64,000 nt of DNA, taken from the NCBI GenBank assembly GCA_021789435.1, contig JAJYJO010000004.1:5108-69107 (forward strand), written 5' to 3'. Shown in pieces: positions 19,670-29,280 of this stretch. Numbering within the stretch: position 1 is the stretch's first letter; each line of letters starts with the position of its first letter. The DNA is from Chloroflexota bacterium. GTDB taxonomy: Bacteria > Chloroflexota > Limnocylindria > Limnocylindrales > CSP1-4. The notes below the pieces were generated by a model. It saw nothing but the letters and a program-made list of their open reading frames with translations, did no database searches and was not told the origin of the DNA. The position numbers and the translations under genes were made by a program.

Positions 19670-21316
19670 TCAGTGAACCGTGACGTGGATCGTCTGGTGG
19701 CCGCGGGCGCCGTCGGGTGGCGGGTCGGACCGCACGGCCGTCTGGACCTGGCCCGTCCCGTCGGTGGCGCGGACCTCGATCCGGTGCTGGCCCGGGGTGG
19801 CGTCCCAGCGCAGCAGCCACTGGACCCAGGTCGCCTTCGAGATGGCCCGGCTGAGCATCGCCGCCTGCCACGCGCCGTCGTCGATCTTCACCTCGACCCG
19901 CGAGATGCCCCGGTCCGGCGCCCAGGCGACGCCGAAGATCTCGGTCGCGCCGGCCGGCAGGTCATCCCCTTGCCGGGGCACGTCGATGCGCGACTGGGTC
20001 AGGATCGGACCGTCCTTGGCCCAGCCCAGGCGAACCCAGTAGGCGTCGAAGGCCGCCTCGGTCGTCAGCTCGACCTCGGCCAGCCACTTGGTGGCCGAGA
20101 CGTAGCCGTAGAGGCCGGGCACGATCAGCCGGGCCGGGTAGCCATGCTCCGCCGGCAGGGGGACGCGGTTCATCCCGAGCGCGACCATCGGCTCACGGGC
20201 CGGGTCGAGGGCCCAGCTCGTCGGGAAGCCGACGGTGAAGCCGTCGACCGAGCGGCCGACGATCTGGCTCGCCGCCGGGTCGACGCCGGCCTCCGCCAGG
20301 AGGCCCTTGAGACGGACCCCGGTCCAGAGGGCGTTGCCGACCAGGTCGCCGCCGACCACGTTGCTGACGCAGGCGATCGTGACGTACTGCTCGAAGAGGG
20401 GCATCGCCAGCAGGTCCGCGTAGCTGAAGGTGAGGGGGTGGTGGACCATCCCGGTCACCTTCAGCTGCCAGGTCGTGGCGTCGACCTGCGGGACGAGGAG
20501 CGCGGTGTCGATCCGGTAGAAGGCGTCGTTGGGCTCGACGATCGGGGTGATGCCGTTGACCGGCAGCGATTCGTCGGCTGAGAGCGGCGGGACGCGCTCG
20601 GCCGGGACCGGCAGGCTCGCCGCGACGGGGACGCCGGCCGGGTGCCGGCTGTCGAGAAGCGAGCGGCCCACCAGGCCGGCCGCCGCCGCCCCGCCCAGCA
20701 GCGAGCCGCTGGCGATCAGAAATCGGCGGCGCGCCCAGTCGGGCATCGGGGTGATCGTCGGGTTGACCGAGGGGTGGGCCGGGCCCCGGAGCAGGAACCG
20801 GAGCGTCGCGATGCCGGAGGCCACGGCCACGCTGGCGCTGAGGAGCGAGGCCGGCAGCGGATCCAGCTCCGCGACGACGGCCCCGGCGAACGCCAGCAGC
20901 CCGAAGGCCACGAAGACGGCGGCGGCCTCCCCGAAGCTGCGCCGGGCCCGGACGCCGACGATGGCCGCGATCGCGAGTGCCACGAGCACGACGGCGACGT
21001 TGAGCGCCAGCTTGTCCGCTGTGCCGAAGAGGTCGGCCACGAGCTGCTTTGCGCCGGGCGGCTGGAGGGCGATCACCAGCGCCCCGGCGGCGACCACCAG
21101 GGAGGGAACGCCGGGCACGAGCCCGGCCAGCAGTTCGGCCGTCGCCATGCTCACTGCGCCGGCGACCAGCCCGGCGACCGCGCCGCGCCGCCGCGAGAGG
21201 AGGGGGCGGCGGCCGGGCGCCGCGGGGATGTCGCTGCTCGTTGTCACCTGGACCTCGCTGCCGGGTGCGCGCGCCAGCTCGCGGTCGACCGCGAGCTGGG
21301 CCACCCCGTTGGGCAT
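19670..21316 (-). CDS. sulfite-oxidase-family molybdopterin oxidoreductase fused to an N-terminal multi-TM domain
   Basis: Moco domain IACVSNVVGG...GYPARLIVPGLYGYVSATKW plus a C-terminal Ig-like dimerisation domain. Five to six transmembrane helices at the N-terminus. Confidence 0.75.
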   Translation of the reverse strand: MPNGVAQLAVDRELARAPGSEVQVTTSSDIPAAPGRRPLLSRRRGAVAGLVAGAVSMATAELLAGLVPGVPSLVVAAGALVIALQPPGAKQLVADLFGTADKLALNVAVVLVALAIAAIVGVRARRSFGEAAAVFVAFGLLAFAGAVVAELDPLPASLLSASVAVASGIATLRFLLRGPAHPSVNPTITPMPDWARRRFLIASGSLLGGAAAAGLVGRSLLDSRHPAGVPVAASLPVPAERVPPLSADESLPVNGITPIVEPNDAFYRIDTALLVPQVDATTWQLKVTGMVHHPLTFSYADLLAMPLFEQYVTIACVSNVVGGDLVGNALWTGVRLKGLLAEAGVDPAASQIVGRSVDGFTVGFPTSWALDPAREPMVALGMNRVPLPAEHGYPARLIVPGLYGYVSATKWLAEVELTTEAAFDAYWVRLGWAKDGPILTQSRIDVPRQGDDLPAGATEIFGVAWAPDRGISRVEVKIDDGAWQAAMLSRAISKATWVQWLLRWDATPGQHRIEVRATDGTGQVQTAVRSDPPPDGARGHQTIHVTVH

Positions 21317-21543
21317 ACGGAGGATGTCGGCCGGCGGTTCTCCGCGCCAGCCCGGGCCGTTCCGCGCCGGCCGCGGGCGCCGCGCGGCCGGCTCCCCGGC
21401 GGCCGCCACCCGACAGACGGGTCATCCCCGGTGGCCCGAATGGGCGGCTACCCGGGCCGGGCCGGCCATGGTTGACTCGGCTCCATGCCTGCCGGGTCGA
21501 ACCTCGCCGACGCCCCGGCAGGTGCGCCATTGAAGAGGTCGCC

Positions 21544-22080
21544 ATGACGCTGCTCGCCTCGCGTGCCGCCGCGCCCGCCCCCCCGACCTGCCGGCAGTGC
21601 GGCGGCCAGCCGGCCAGCCCGGCCCTCCGGGTCTGCCGTCGCTGCGGGCTGGCGTACGGCTCGCCGCCCGGCTTCGGGCTCGCTCCCGCCTGCCCGGTCT
21701 GCTACCGGCAGCTGGATCCCGACGGCCTCACGGCTTCCCTGGAGCAGCCCGGCTGGAGGGTGGACCTCCGGGCCCATCGCGATGAGCACGAGCGTCATCC
21801 CGTCGGCGACGACGACTACCTCGAGACCCTGCGGCGGGGCGATCAGGCACGGATCGGGCGCTGGAGCGCCCCGTTCGAGCTGCTCCGGCGCTACCTGGTG
21901 CTGGGGGTCGTGGACGGCGGCCGGAGCCGCGCCGCGCACCACAACGCCCTCCTGACGGCGATGGGCCAGCTGGCCCGCTGGGGCGCCGACGCGACCATCT
22001 TGGGCGACCAGGCGGAGTGGCGGGAAGCCCGCGCCGCGGTCGCCGAGGTCATGGAGTGCTACAACCGCGGCCGGCGGTAG
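21544..22080 (+). CDS. hypothetical protein with CxxC...CxxC...CxxC zinc-ribbon-like N-terminus
   Basis: Clean ORF with an ATG start and the cysteine pairs CRQCGG, CRRCG and CPVC. Confidence 0.5.
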   Translation: MTLLASRAAAPAPPTCRQCGGQPASPALRVCRRCGLAYGSPPGFGLAPACPVCYRQLDPDGLTASLEQPGWRVDLRAHRDEHERHPVGDDDYLETLRRGDQARIGRWSAPFELLRRYLVLGVVDGGRSRAAHHNALLTAMGQLARWGADATILGDQAEWREARAAVAEVMECYNRGRR

Positions 22081-22180
22081 GCCGGCGGCGCGGCGGCCGG
22101 CCGGAACGGACCGGGCGCACCGTCCCGGCCACCGGGATGCACCGCCCGCGCGGCGGCCGGCGGCCGGGCACCGGGTCGCC

Positions 22181-22612
22181 CGGCGCTCGCTGATCCTGGA
22201 ACCCCTGGCGGCACTCGGCGTCGCGCCCGAGGAGGTCAGCCACGTCTTCCTCTCGCACCATCATCCCGACCACACCTTGAACGCGGCGCTCTTCCCGAAT
22301 GCCGAGGTGGTCGACTTCTGGGCCCGCTATCGCGACGACCTGTGGCTCGACCACCCGGGCGATGGCTACCGGCCGTCACCGCGCACGGAAGTCTGGCTCA
22401 CGCCCGGCCACACGGAGGAGGACGCGACGCTGATCGTGGAGGCCGACGACGCCGTCTATGCCATGACCCACCTGTGGTGGCACGCGGACCGGACCCCGGA
22501 GGTGGACCCGCTCGGCTGGGACCAGGCCGCCATCGAGCGGGGCCGGGCGCGCGTCCTGGCGGTCGCGGGCATCGTTGTTCCCGGCCACGGGGCGCCGTTC
22601 CGAACCCGCTGA
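22181..22612 (+). pseudogene. MBL-fold metallo-hydrolase remnant lacking the N-terminus and any canonical start codon
   Basis: LSHHHPDH, TPGHTEED and VVPGHG motifs in one frame. That frame has no ATG, GTG or TTG between the upstream stop at 21955 and codon 22277, and it overlaps the preceding gene. Confidence 0.45.
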
Positions 22613-22842
22613 CCGGTCGTCGCGGGAGGCCGGTTCGCCGGCAGGCCCGCCCCAGGCCGCCCCGGATGGCCCGCCCCAGCCGTCCTGGGGGCCGCCACGA
22701 CTGACCCCGCGCCCGCCGAAGCCCAGGTGGCCTGCCCGGGGTCCCGGCGCGGCGCCGGTCGGGGGGACACCTCCGGGGGAGCCGGCTAGCATGGGGCGGA
22801 ACCATCCGGTGGTCCAGGCTCGGGGCGGCATCCGTTGGCAGC

Positions 22843-23718
22843 ATGAGCGAATCGAACGACCAGCCAGCCGGCCAACCAGCCGATCCGATCGATCCGGTCG
22901 ACCCCGCGCAGGAGCGCGCGGCGGTCCCGGCCGAGGCGCCGACGGGAGCCGAGGTCGGAGGCCCGCCACTCGCCGCACCGCCGGAGGGCGATGGCAGCGA
23001 GCCTTCCGCCGGCCACGACTTGCCGCTCCTCCTGCGGGTCGCTCCCGCGACGCGCGCCGCCGCCCGGCGCTGGCGCGCGCGGGAAGGAGCTCGTCTTGGA
23101 CGACGTAGGGCCCGGAGCGCCGCGCCGCTGCCGAAGCTCTTCGAGCTGTACCCGGAGGCGCGGCTGGCTCCCCGCCGCGAGCTCGGACTGCAGGAGATCG
23201 CGGTCGCCGAGATCCGGGGCACGGCCGTGGCCGGGCCCGACCAGCGGGGTGCCGACTTCTTGCCCCTGCCGGCTTTCCGGAGCGCCAACTGGCGGGGCCG
23301 GTGGCAGCGCATCCGCCGGGCCGTGGCGGAGATGGCCGTCCTGCCGCCGATCGAGGCCCTCAAGGCGGCCGGCGGCTACTGGGTCGTCGACGGGCACAAC
23401 CGGGTGGCGGCGGCGCTCGACAGCGGCCAGCTCGCCGTCGACGCGGTGGTGACGGTGGTCCGCCTGCCGGGCGACGAGGTCGAGGCGCCGGGCGGCTCGC
23501 TCGCCTCGGTCATGTCCGAGGCGGGGGACTTGCGAGCCGCGGCGACCGGCCGTCTCAGCCGGGGCTCTTCGCTCGAGGGCCGCGCCGAGCCGCCACGGGG
23601 GCGCGGCGCCGGCGACCCGGCTCCCGGCGGGAATCCCGCCGCGCCTGAGCGCGTCGAAGCAGGTACCGGCGAGCCCGGGCCGCCGGCGACCGGCCCTGCC
23701 GCGGGCGACCCGGTGTGA
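22843..23718 (+). CDS. ParB/Srx-like nuclease-domain protein with Pro/Ala-rich flanks
   Basis: Central segment LQEIAVAEIRG....YWVVDGHNRVAAALDSG matches the ParB N-terminal (ParBc) domain. Confidence 0.6.
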   Translation: MSESNDQPAGQPADPIDPVDPAQERAAVPAEAPTGAEVGGPPLAAPPEGDGSEPSAGHDLPLLLRVAPATRAAARRWRAREGARLGRRRARSAAPLPKLFELYPEARLAPRRELGLQEIAVAEIRGTAVAGPDQRGADFLPLPAFRSANWRGRWQRIRRAVAEMAVLPPIEALKAAGGYWVVDGHNRVAAALDSGQLAVDAVVTVVRLPGDEVEAPGGSLASVMSEAGDLRAAATGRLSRGSSLEGRAEPPRGRGAGDPAPGGNPAAPERVEAGTGEPGPPATGPAAGDPV

Positions 23719-24431
23719 CCCTCCGCCTGTCGATCGACTGGCCGGACGCCCGGCCCTTCCTCGGCCGGGACGGCCGGCCGATCCGGATCCTGGCCGCCTC
23801 GGACGAGCCGGACCCCGCCCTGGAGGACCCGCGCAACCGGGCCGCAGTCGGGCCGATCGACCTGGTCGTCGGCTGCGGCGATCTCGGTCCCGATCGGCTC
23901 GCCTTCCTCGGCGACGCCTTCTCGAGCCCGCTGGTCTACGTCCGCGGCAACCACGATCGCGGCGGTCCCTGGCCGGCCCCTGCCGGCCTGCCGGAGGCGG
24001 CGGCCGGGTTCGACACGAGGACACTGCCGGGCCTGGCCCTCCTCGCCCTGCCCTGGCCCGACGCGGGCCAGGCGAGGGCTCTGCGGGACGAAGGGGCGGC
24101 CTGGCGCCAGGCGGTCCGGCTGGCCGGACGCCGCCTGCTGCGGCCGCCGGCAAGTTGCCTCGTCTTCAGCCACGTGCCGGCCCGCGGAGCCGGCGACATG
24201 CCGGAGGACGCCTACCACCGGGGGTTCGCGGCCTACCGCTTTCTGCTCGATCGGATCCGGCCGCCTCTCTGGCTGCATGGCCACACGGCGCTGGCCGCGC
24301 AGCGCGAGCGCGTCGTGCGCTACGGTCCGACCCGCCTCGTCAACGTGACCGGGAGCGTCCTGGTCGAGCTCTGTCCGCCCGCGCTCGCCGGGGCGGTCGC
24401 GCCGCCCGCCGGCGCCGATCCGGGGCGCTGA
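23715..24431 (+). CDS. calcineurin-like metallophosphoesterase
   Basis: LVVGCGDLG, VRGNHD and LHGHTA motifs. GTG overlaps the stop of the ParB-like gene (GTGA). Confidence 0.65.
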   Translation: MTLRLSIDWPDARPFLGRDGRPIRILAASDEPDPALEDPRNRAAVGPIDLVVGCGDLGPDRLAFLGDAFSSPLVYVRGNHDRGGPWPAPAGLPEAAAGFDTRTLPGLALLALPWPDAGQARALRDEGAAWRQAVRLAGRRLLRPPASCLVFSHVPARGAGDMPEDAYHRGFAAYRFLLDRIRPPLWLHGHTALAAQRERVVRYGPTRLVNVTGSVLVELCPPALAGAVAPPAGADPGR

Positions 24432-24441
24432 GCTCGCGGCG

Positions 24442-26079
24442 TCAGGCCTCCACGCTCACGGGTTCGGACGTCCCGAGGATCCCGCCGGTCGCGTCGCGGG
24501 CCCGCACTGCGACGAGCGGCCAGCGCCGCGCCGTCGCGATGGCGGTCTCGAAGCCCGACCGGGCCGCGGTCGCGATCGGCACCAGCGAGCCGGCCGCCTC
24601 GCCGGCCAGGACCTGCCAGCTGGCGACCTCGGTGGCCCCGTTCCAGCTGGCGTAGACGGTCATCCCGCCGGCCGGGACCGCCTCGACCGCCAGCGCCGGC
24701 GGATCGGCCGGCAGGCCCACCCACGGCAGGCGGAAGTCGCGGTATGACTGCCTGGCCGCGGGGAAGGTCGCGTCGAAGAGCAGCGTCCCGTCCGGGCCGT
24801 ACTCGCTGAAGTAGGGCGTGCTGCCCCAGCCGATGAAGTAGTTGCCGTTGGGGAGCAGCTGGACGTTGCCCTGGCTCTGGACGACGAGGCCGGTCCGGCT
24901 CTCGAAGCTCCGCTCCAGGGACGCCGTCATCGCCTGCTCGTCCAGGCGCAGGATGATGCCCCGGGCCTGGCTGGGGGCCGTCTCGTCGTCGAAGATCGTG
25001 ATCATCCCGTCGGCGCGCCAGCGGGCGTCGTGCTGCCAGGAGAAGGCCGTCCCGGGCCCCATCCGGAAGTCGCTCTTCTTGCCTCCGAGCCGCCAGATGA
25101 TCCGGCCGGTGCCCCGGTCCACCTTGTAGATCGCCGACGTGTTGCGAGCCGAGACCAGCAGGTTGCCGTCGCCGTCCACGTCGATCGAGTTCGCGTGCAC
25201 GTAGTCGTAGATCGCGTTCCCGGTCGTGGGCGGAGCGAGGTACGTCTCGTCCAGGCCGATGTGGTCGATGGTGTGCCATTCGAAGAGCAGCCGGCCCGTC
25301 GAGATCTCCACCTCCTGGAGCGCGCAGTCGAGGACCTGCCAGGGAAGGGGAGTGGCGCCGGCCAGCTGCCTCCCGGCGACGCCGGAGTCCGAGAAGAAGA
25401 GGGCCGTCCCGCGGGGCGTGATGGCGAACTCGTGGAGATCGACCGAGCTGCCGCCGCCGCCCTTCACGCGGAGGATCTCGCGGTACGACTGGTCCACCAG
25501 GACGCACTCGCCGACCCCGATCCCGCCGTTGACGCTCCCCTCCCACCAGACGAGCGCCGGCCGGCCCAGGTACTCGATCGCCCGGAAGTCGGTGGCGTTC
25601 CTGCCGGTGTCGGGCCGCAGCCAGACCAGGTCGCCGGCCCCGTCGGCGATCATCGGCCCGTCGGTGCCGGCCCCGTTGCCCGGGGTGAAGAAGATGTAGC
25701 CGGGCGCGACCTTGTCGGACCGGACGTTGACCACGATCTGTGGCGGCACCAGGTCCGGGCGAGAGCGGAAATGGATGCGCTGGCCGGCCACCGTGGCGGT
25801 CGCCCCGGCGGCCCGCGGGGAACCGCTGGCCAGGGCGAGCTCAGCGGGACTCGAGGCGGCGGAGCTCGCGGGCCCTCCGGAGCCGAGGCGGCCCAGCTCG
25901 TACGCGGCAGCCGCCAGGCCGGCCGCACCGACGACCGTGGCTCCGGCCGCCCTGAGGAAGCGCCGCCTCGTCCAGCGGCCCGCCGGATCAGGAGCATCCA
26001 CTGCGTCCGACCTCTCCAGTCTCCACGCCGAGGGCGCGGGTCGAGCCCCGGTGCCAGGATCGGCCAGGGCCCGGCGCAC
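24442..26079 (-). CDS. arylsulfotransferase (ASST)-family beta-propeller protein with Tat signal
   Basis: RRRFLRAAGATVVGAAG twin-arginine motif. ASST-like repeats (YDYVHANSID, IIWRLGG). Confidence 0.7.
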   Translation of the reverse strand: MRRALADPGTGARPAPSAWRLERSDAVDAPDPAGRWTRRRFLRAAGATVVGAAGLAAAAYELGRLGSGGPASSAASSPAELALASGSPRAAGATATVAGQRIHFRSRPDLVPPQIVVNVRSDKVAPGYIFFTPGNGAGTDGPMIADGAGDLVWLRPDTGRNATDFRAIEYLGRPALVWWEGSVNGGIGVGECVLVDQSYREILRVKGGGGSSVDLHEFAITPRGTALFFSDSGVAGRQLAGATPLPWQVLDCALQEVEISTGRLLFEWHTIDHIGLDETYLAPPTTGNAIYDYVHANSIDVDGDGNLLVSARNTSAIYKVDRGTGRIIWRLGGKKSDFRMGPGTAFSWQHDARWRADGMITIFDDETAPSQARGIILRLDEQAMTASLERSFESRTGLVVQSQGNVQLLPNGNYFIGWGSTPYFSEYGPDGTLLFDATFPAARQSYRDFRLPWVGLPADPPALAVEAVPAGGMTVYASWNGATEVASWQVLAGEAAGSLVPIATAARSGFETAIATARRWPLVAVRARDATGGILGTSEPVSVEA

Positions 26080-26268
26080 GCGGTGACGACCGGCGGCGGC
26101 GCGGGCAGGCCCCGCGCCAGTCTCCGGCGCGTTCCTGAGAGCGGCATGATAGGCCGCAGATGGTGGTCGCGGTTGTCCCGTGGCGCGGCTGTCCCGGCAG
26201 CCGCGCGGCGTGGTCCGGGCAGGGCCCGGGCGAGACGCCCGGGCACCGGGGCGCCTCCTCTCCGGAGG

Positions 26269-26310
26269 GGCGCCTCAGTCCGCGGGCCTCAGTCCGCGGA
26301 CTGAGGCGCC
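26269..26310. terminator. perfect 17-bp inverted repeat (ggcgcctcagtccgcgg / ccgcggactgaggcgcc) with an 8-nt loop, spanning the Rieske gene stop codon
   Basis: Direct inspection. No U-tract. Confidence 0.5.
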
Positions 26311-27146
26311 AACCGGGCCTCGAGCCCCGCCTCGGTCCGGCGGACCTCGAAGCGCGGCTGGTCGTAGACGGCCGGTCCCCGCACGACCCGCCCGTCGCTG
26401 ATGCGGAACCGCGAGCCGTGCCAGGGGCACTCGATGCAACCGTCGACGAGCTGGCCCTCGTGGAGCGGGCCGCCGGCATGGGCGCACGTGTCGTGGAGGG
26501 CGTGGATCATCTCGCCCTCGCGGACGAGTACCAGCCGGTCGCTTTCCAGCCGGGCTGCGACCGGCTGCCCTTCCGGCACCTCCGCGACATCCAGGGCTCG
26601 CCACTTCGCGCCGCCGCCCCGCCAGGCATGGCGGTCCACCATGTTGCCGCTCCGGAAGACCAGTTCGCCGCCGACGTACGCGCCCGCGGCCATGGCTCCG
26701 TAACCGAGCATGGCCAGGGCCACGGCGGTGGTTCTTGAAGCGGGACCGGCCGCCCGCAATGCCAGCGACCCGACGTACGCCGCGAGGCTCGCCGACATCA
26801 CCGTGGCGTGGACGGTTGCCTGGGCCTGCGGCCGGCCGTAGGCGTCCACGGCATCGGCGGCGCCGCTGGCAGCCGAGGCGGCCATCCCCAGCACTCCCGC
26901 GCAGACCGCGAGGTCGGCGGCCCGGCGCTCACCCGCCAGGTCCAGCAGCAGGGCCGTGGTCAGCGCGCCGACCGGGACGTCCGTGAGGAGCGGATGGAGC
27001 GGGTGTCCCAACCAGACCCCGTTGAGGAGGTCCTTCGCGGGCCGGGTCCGCGCGAAGGCGGTTGCCAGCCAGCCCTGGGCCGTTTCGCCGAGCGGCTTCG
27101 CCCATGGCTCCTGGGCCTCGATCAGCCGCGCAATGCGATGCTTCAC
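26289..27146 (-). CDS. DUF2231 membrane domain fused to a Rieske [2Fe-2S] domain
   Basis: CAHAGGPLHEG and CIECPWHGSRF Rieske boxes. N-terminal helical membrane domain. Confidence 0.75.
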   Translation of the reverse strand: MKHRIARLIEAQEPWAKPLGETAQGWLATAFARTRPAKDLLNGVWLGHPLHPLLTDVPVGALTTALLLDLAGERRAADLAVCAGVLGMAASAASGAADAVDAYGRPQAQATVHATVMSASLAAYVGSLALRAAGPASRTTAVALAMLGYGAMAAGAYVGGELVFRSGNMVDRHAWRGGGAKWRALDVAEVPEGQPVAARLESDRLVLVREGEMIHALHDTCAHAGGPLHEGQLVDGCIECPWHGSRFRISDGRVVRGPAVYDQPRFEVRRTEAGLEARLAPQSAD

Positions 27147-27240
27147 GGGTCGCCTCCTTGAAGTGGGGGACGCGGGCGAAGGGCGTTCCCACGTGGAGCG
27201 TATCGCATCCAGCCGGCGACCCCGCTTTCTTCGCCGCGGC

Positions 27241-27272
27241 TTGACAATATTGGTTGCATGTGCAACTATTAG
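27241..27272 (+). promoter_or_regulatory. candidate promoter: TTGACA -35, 19-20 nt spacer containing the palindrome TTGCATGTGCAA, -10-like CTATTAG
   Basis: Direct inspection. The same 16-nt core recurs at 41002-41017. Confidence 0.5.
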
Positions 27273-27476
27273 GCCGATGAACGAGCAGATCCGGATCCTG
27301 GCGCCGGCGGGCAGCCTTCGCGCCGCGTCCTGCGACCGGGCCCTGCTGCGCGCCGGCGGGGAGCTGGCCGCCTGACCCCGCCGTCACGGACGGGCTCCCC
27401 AGGACGTCCCACGATCTGCCCCGCGTGTCCCGACCGAGCCTGACGCCGTCCGGCGCCTGGCGCCTCGGTCGGCGAG

Positions 27477-29180
27477 ATGCAGCCTCCCGGCGGTGGCTCG
27501 TCGCCTGTCCCCATCAAGCCCGACCCCATCGCCCCTAGCCCCACCCACCCGACCGACCCTGAGGAGGGACTCTTGTCCAGCCTGCTCGACCCACGCTCCA
27601 CCGAGGCGCGACCGGCCCGCCGCGCGTCCGCGGCCGCTGCATCCTCGACGACCGCTCCCGACCATCGGGCGGTCCGCGCTGCCCGCCGCACTCGGCTCGC
27701 CTCCGGGTCGGAAGGGCCGGTCGCCCCGTTCATCGGCGGCAGTCCGCGGCCGCCGATCGGCCCGGAGCCGGAGGAGACCGTGGCGGCCGGCGCCGCGGAG
27801 GAGACTGACGACTCCGTCCGCCTCTACCTCCGCGAGATCGCCCGGGTCCCGCTCCTGACGGCCGAGGAGGAGGTGGTGCTCGCCAAGGGGATCGAGCTCG
27901 GCGAGCAGATCGTCGACGAGCCCTGGCGGGCGATCCTCAGCCTGCACGAGTGGACCCTGCACGACACCGAGTCGCGGACCCGGGCGGCCCGACCGCAGTA
28001 CCGGCTGCCGTTCGCCGAGGAGGCCCACCGAATCGTCCGCGAGGCCATCGCGGCCGAGTCCGCGCGAGACCTGGTAGCCGCGACGCCGCCGGCCGTCCCG
28101 ATCGTGGCGGCCGGAGCAGACCCGTCCGGGCGAGCGGCTCAGCTGCGGGTCGAGGTGGCGGAGTTGCGGGAAGCGCATTTCGAGCAGCGGACCGCGGCCT
28201 CGTTCGTCGCCCTCCTCGACGGCGCCGAGCTGGCCGTCCACGACCCCGACCCGGAGACCCGCAACGATCCGGCACTCCGCGCCCTGTCGGCCTGGTCGCG
28301 CGAGTCCGTGGCCCTGCCTGCCCTCGAGCGCTGGATCGTGGCCGGTCACGACGTCGATCTGCTGGCCGAGATGGGCTACCGGCCCGCCGGGTCGGGCGAC
28401 GCCGGCCCGCGCGGCGCAGGGCGGCTGGTCGAGCTGGGCCGCGATGCCCGGGATCGCCTCATCTCCGCCAACCTGCGCCTGGTCGTCTCCGTGGCCAAGA
28501 AGTCGATGCATCGCGGGCTGGACCTGCTCGACCTGGTCCAGGAGGGCAACGCCGGCCTGATCCGGGCTGTCGACAAGTTCGAGTACCAGCGCGGCTTCAA
28601 GTTCTCGACCTACGCAACGTGGTGGATCCGCCAGGCAGTGACTCGCGGCCTGGCGGACCACGGCCGAACGATCCGGATCCCGGTCCACCTCGTGGAGACG
28701 ATGGGCCGCCTCACCCGGGTCGCGCGCGCCCTGGCCGGCGAACTCGGCCGGGAGCCGACCGCCGCCGAGATCGCCGCGGTCATGTCCGAGGGTCAGCCCG
28801 TGGCGATGACGCCCGAGCGGGTGGAGGAGCTCGGCCGGTTGCGCCGGGAGCCGGTCTCGCTCGAGACACCGGTCGGCGACGAGGGGGAGGCGGTCCTGGG
28901 TGACTTCGTGGAGGACTCCGAGGCGGCCCAGCCGGCGGAGCTGGTTTCGCAACGCCTGCTGCGCCAGCAGGTGCGGGCCGTCCTGGGCAGCCTGGACGGG
29001 CGCGAGCGCCGCGTCCTCGCGCTCCGCTTCGGCCTCGACGACGGGCGCCCGCGGACCCTGGAGGAAGTCGGCCGCGAGTTCGGGCTGACGCGCGAGCGGA
29101 TCCGGCAGATCGAGGGCGAGGCGCTCCGCAAGCTGCGCCACCCGTCTCGCAGCCGGAAGCTGCGCGAGTTCGCCGCCTGA
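27477..29180 (+). CDS. RNA polymerase sigma-70 family factor (regions 1.2, 2, 3 and 4 present) with a roughly 245-aa insert between regions 1.2 and 2.1
   Basis: [21 protein letters not shown] (region 1.2), then [46 protein letters not shown] and [19 protein letters not shown]. The exact start is uncertain. Confidence 0.8.
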   Translation: MQPPGGGSSPVPIKPDPIAPSPTHPTDPEEGLLSSLLDPRSTEARPARRASAAAASSTTAPDHRAVRAARRTRLASGSEGPVAPFIGGSPRPPIGPEPEETVAAGAAEETDDSVRLYLREIARVPLLTAEEEVVLAKGIELGEQIVDEPWRAILSLHEWTLHDTESRTRAARPQYRLPFAEEAHRIVREAIAAESARDLVAATPPAVPIVAAGADPSGRAAQLRVEVAELREAHFEQRTAASFVALLDGAELAVHDPDPETRNDPALRALSAWSRESVALPALERWIVAGHDVDLLAEMGYRPAGSGDAGPRGAGRLVELGRDARDRLISANLRLVVSVAKKSMHRGLDLLDLVQEGNAGLIRAVDKFEYQRGFKFSTYATWWIRQAVTRGLADHGRTIRIPVHLVETMGRLTRVARALAGELGREPTAAEIAAVMSEGQPVAMTPERVEELGRLRREPVSLETPVGDEGEAVLGDFVEDSEAAQPAELVSQRLLRQQVRAVLGSLDGRERRVLALRFGLDDGRPRTLEEVGREFGLTRERIRQIEGEALRKLRHPSRSRKLREFAA

Positions 29181-29234
29181 ACCGGGGCGCCTGACCCGCG
29201 GCGCCTGAACCGGGGCGCCTGAACCGGGGCGCCG
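29175..29234. repeat. 14-bp tandem repeat gcctgaaccggggc (about 4 copies) carrying the GGCGCC palindrome, starting at the sigma-gene stop
   Basis: Direct inspection. Possibly a cluster of terminator hairpins. Confidence 0.7.
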
Positions 29235-29280
29235 GCGCGCCCGCGCGGGGGCCCCGAGGCTGCGACGGCTCGGCCGCCGC

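Noticed and set aside
22991-23452. Alternative-frame 153-aa ORF inside the ParB-like gene
   Set aside because: The ParB-like frame carries the conserved domain. The alternative frame is composition-driven.
27277-27375. 32-aa ORF (MNEQIRILAPAGSLRAASCDRALLRAGGELAA) directly downstream of the first palindromic promoter
   Set aside because: Too short and without a ribosome-binding site or recognisable features. It could be a leader peptide, but there is no evidence.
29175-29234. Possible CRISPR array
   Set aside because: Repeats are 14 bp, directly tandem with no spacers, and no cas genes are present. This is a simple tandem repeat or terminator cluster.
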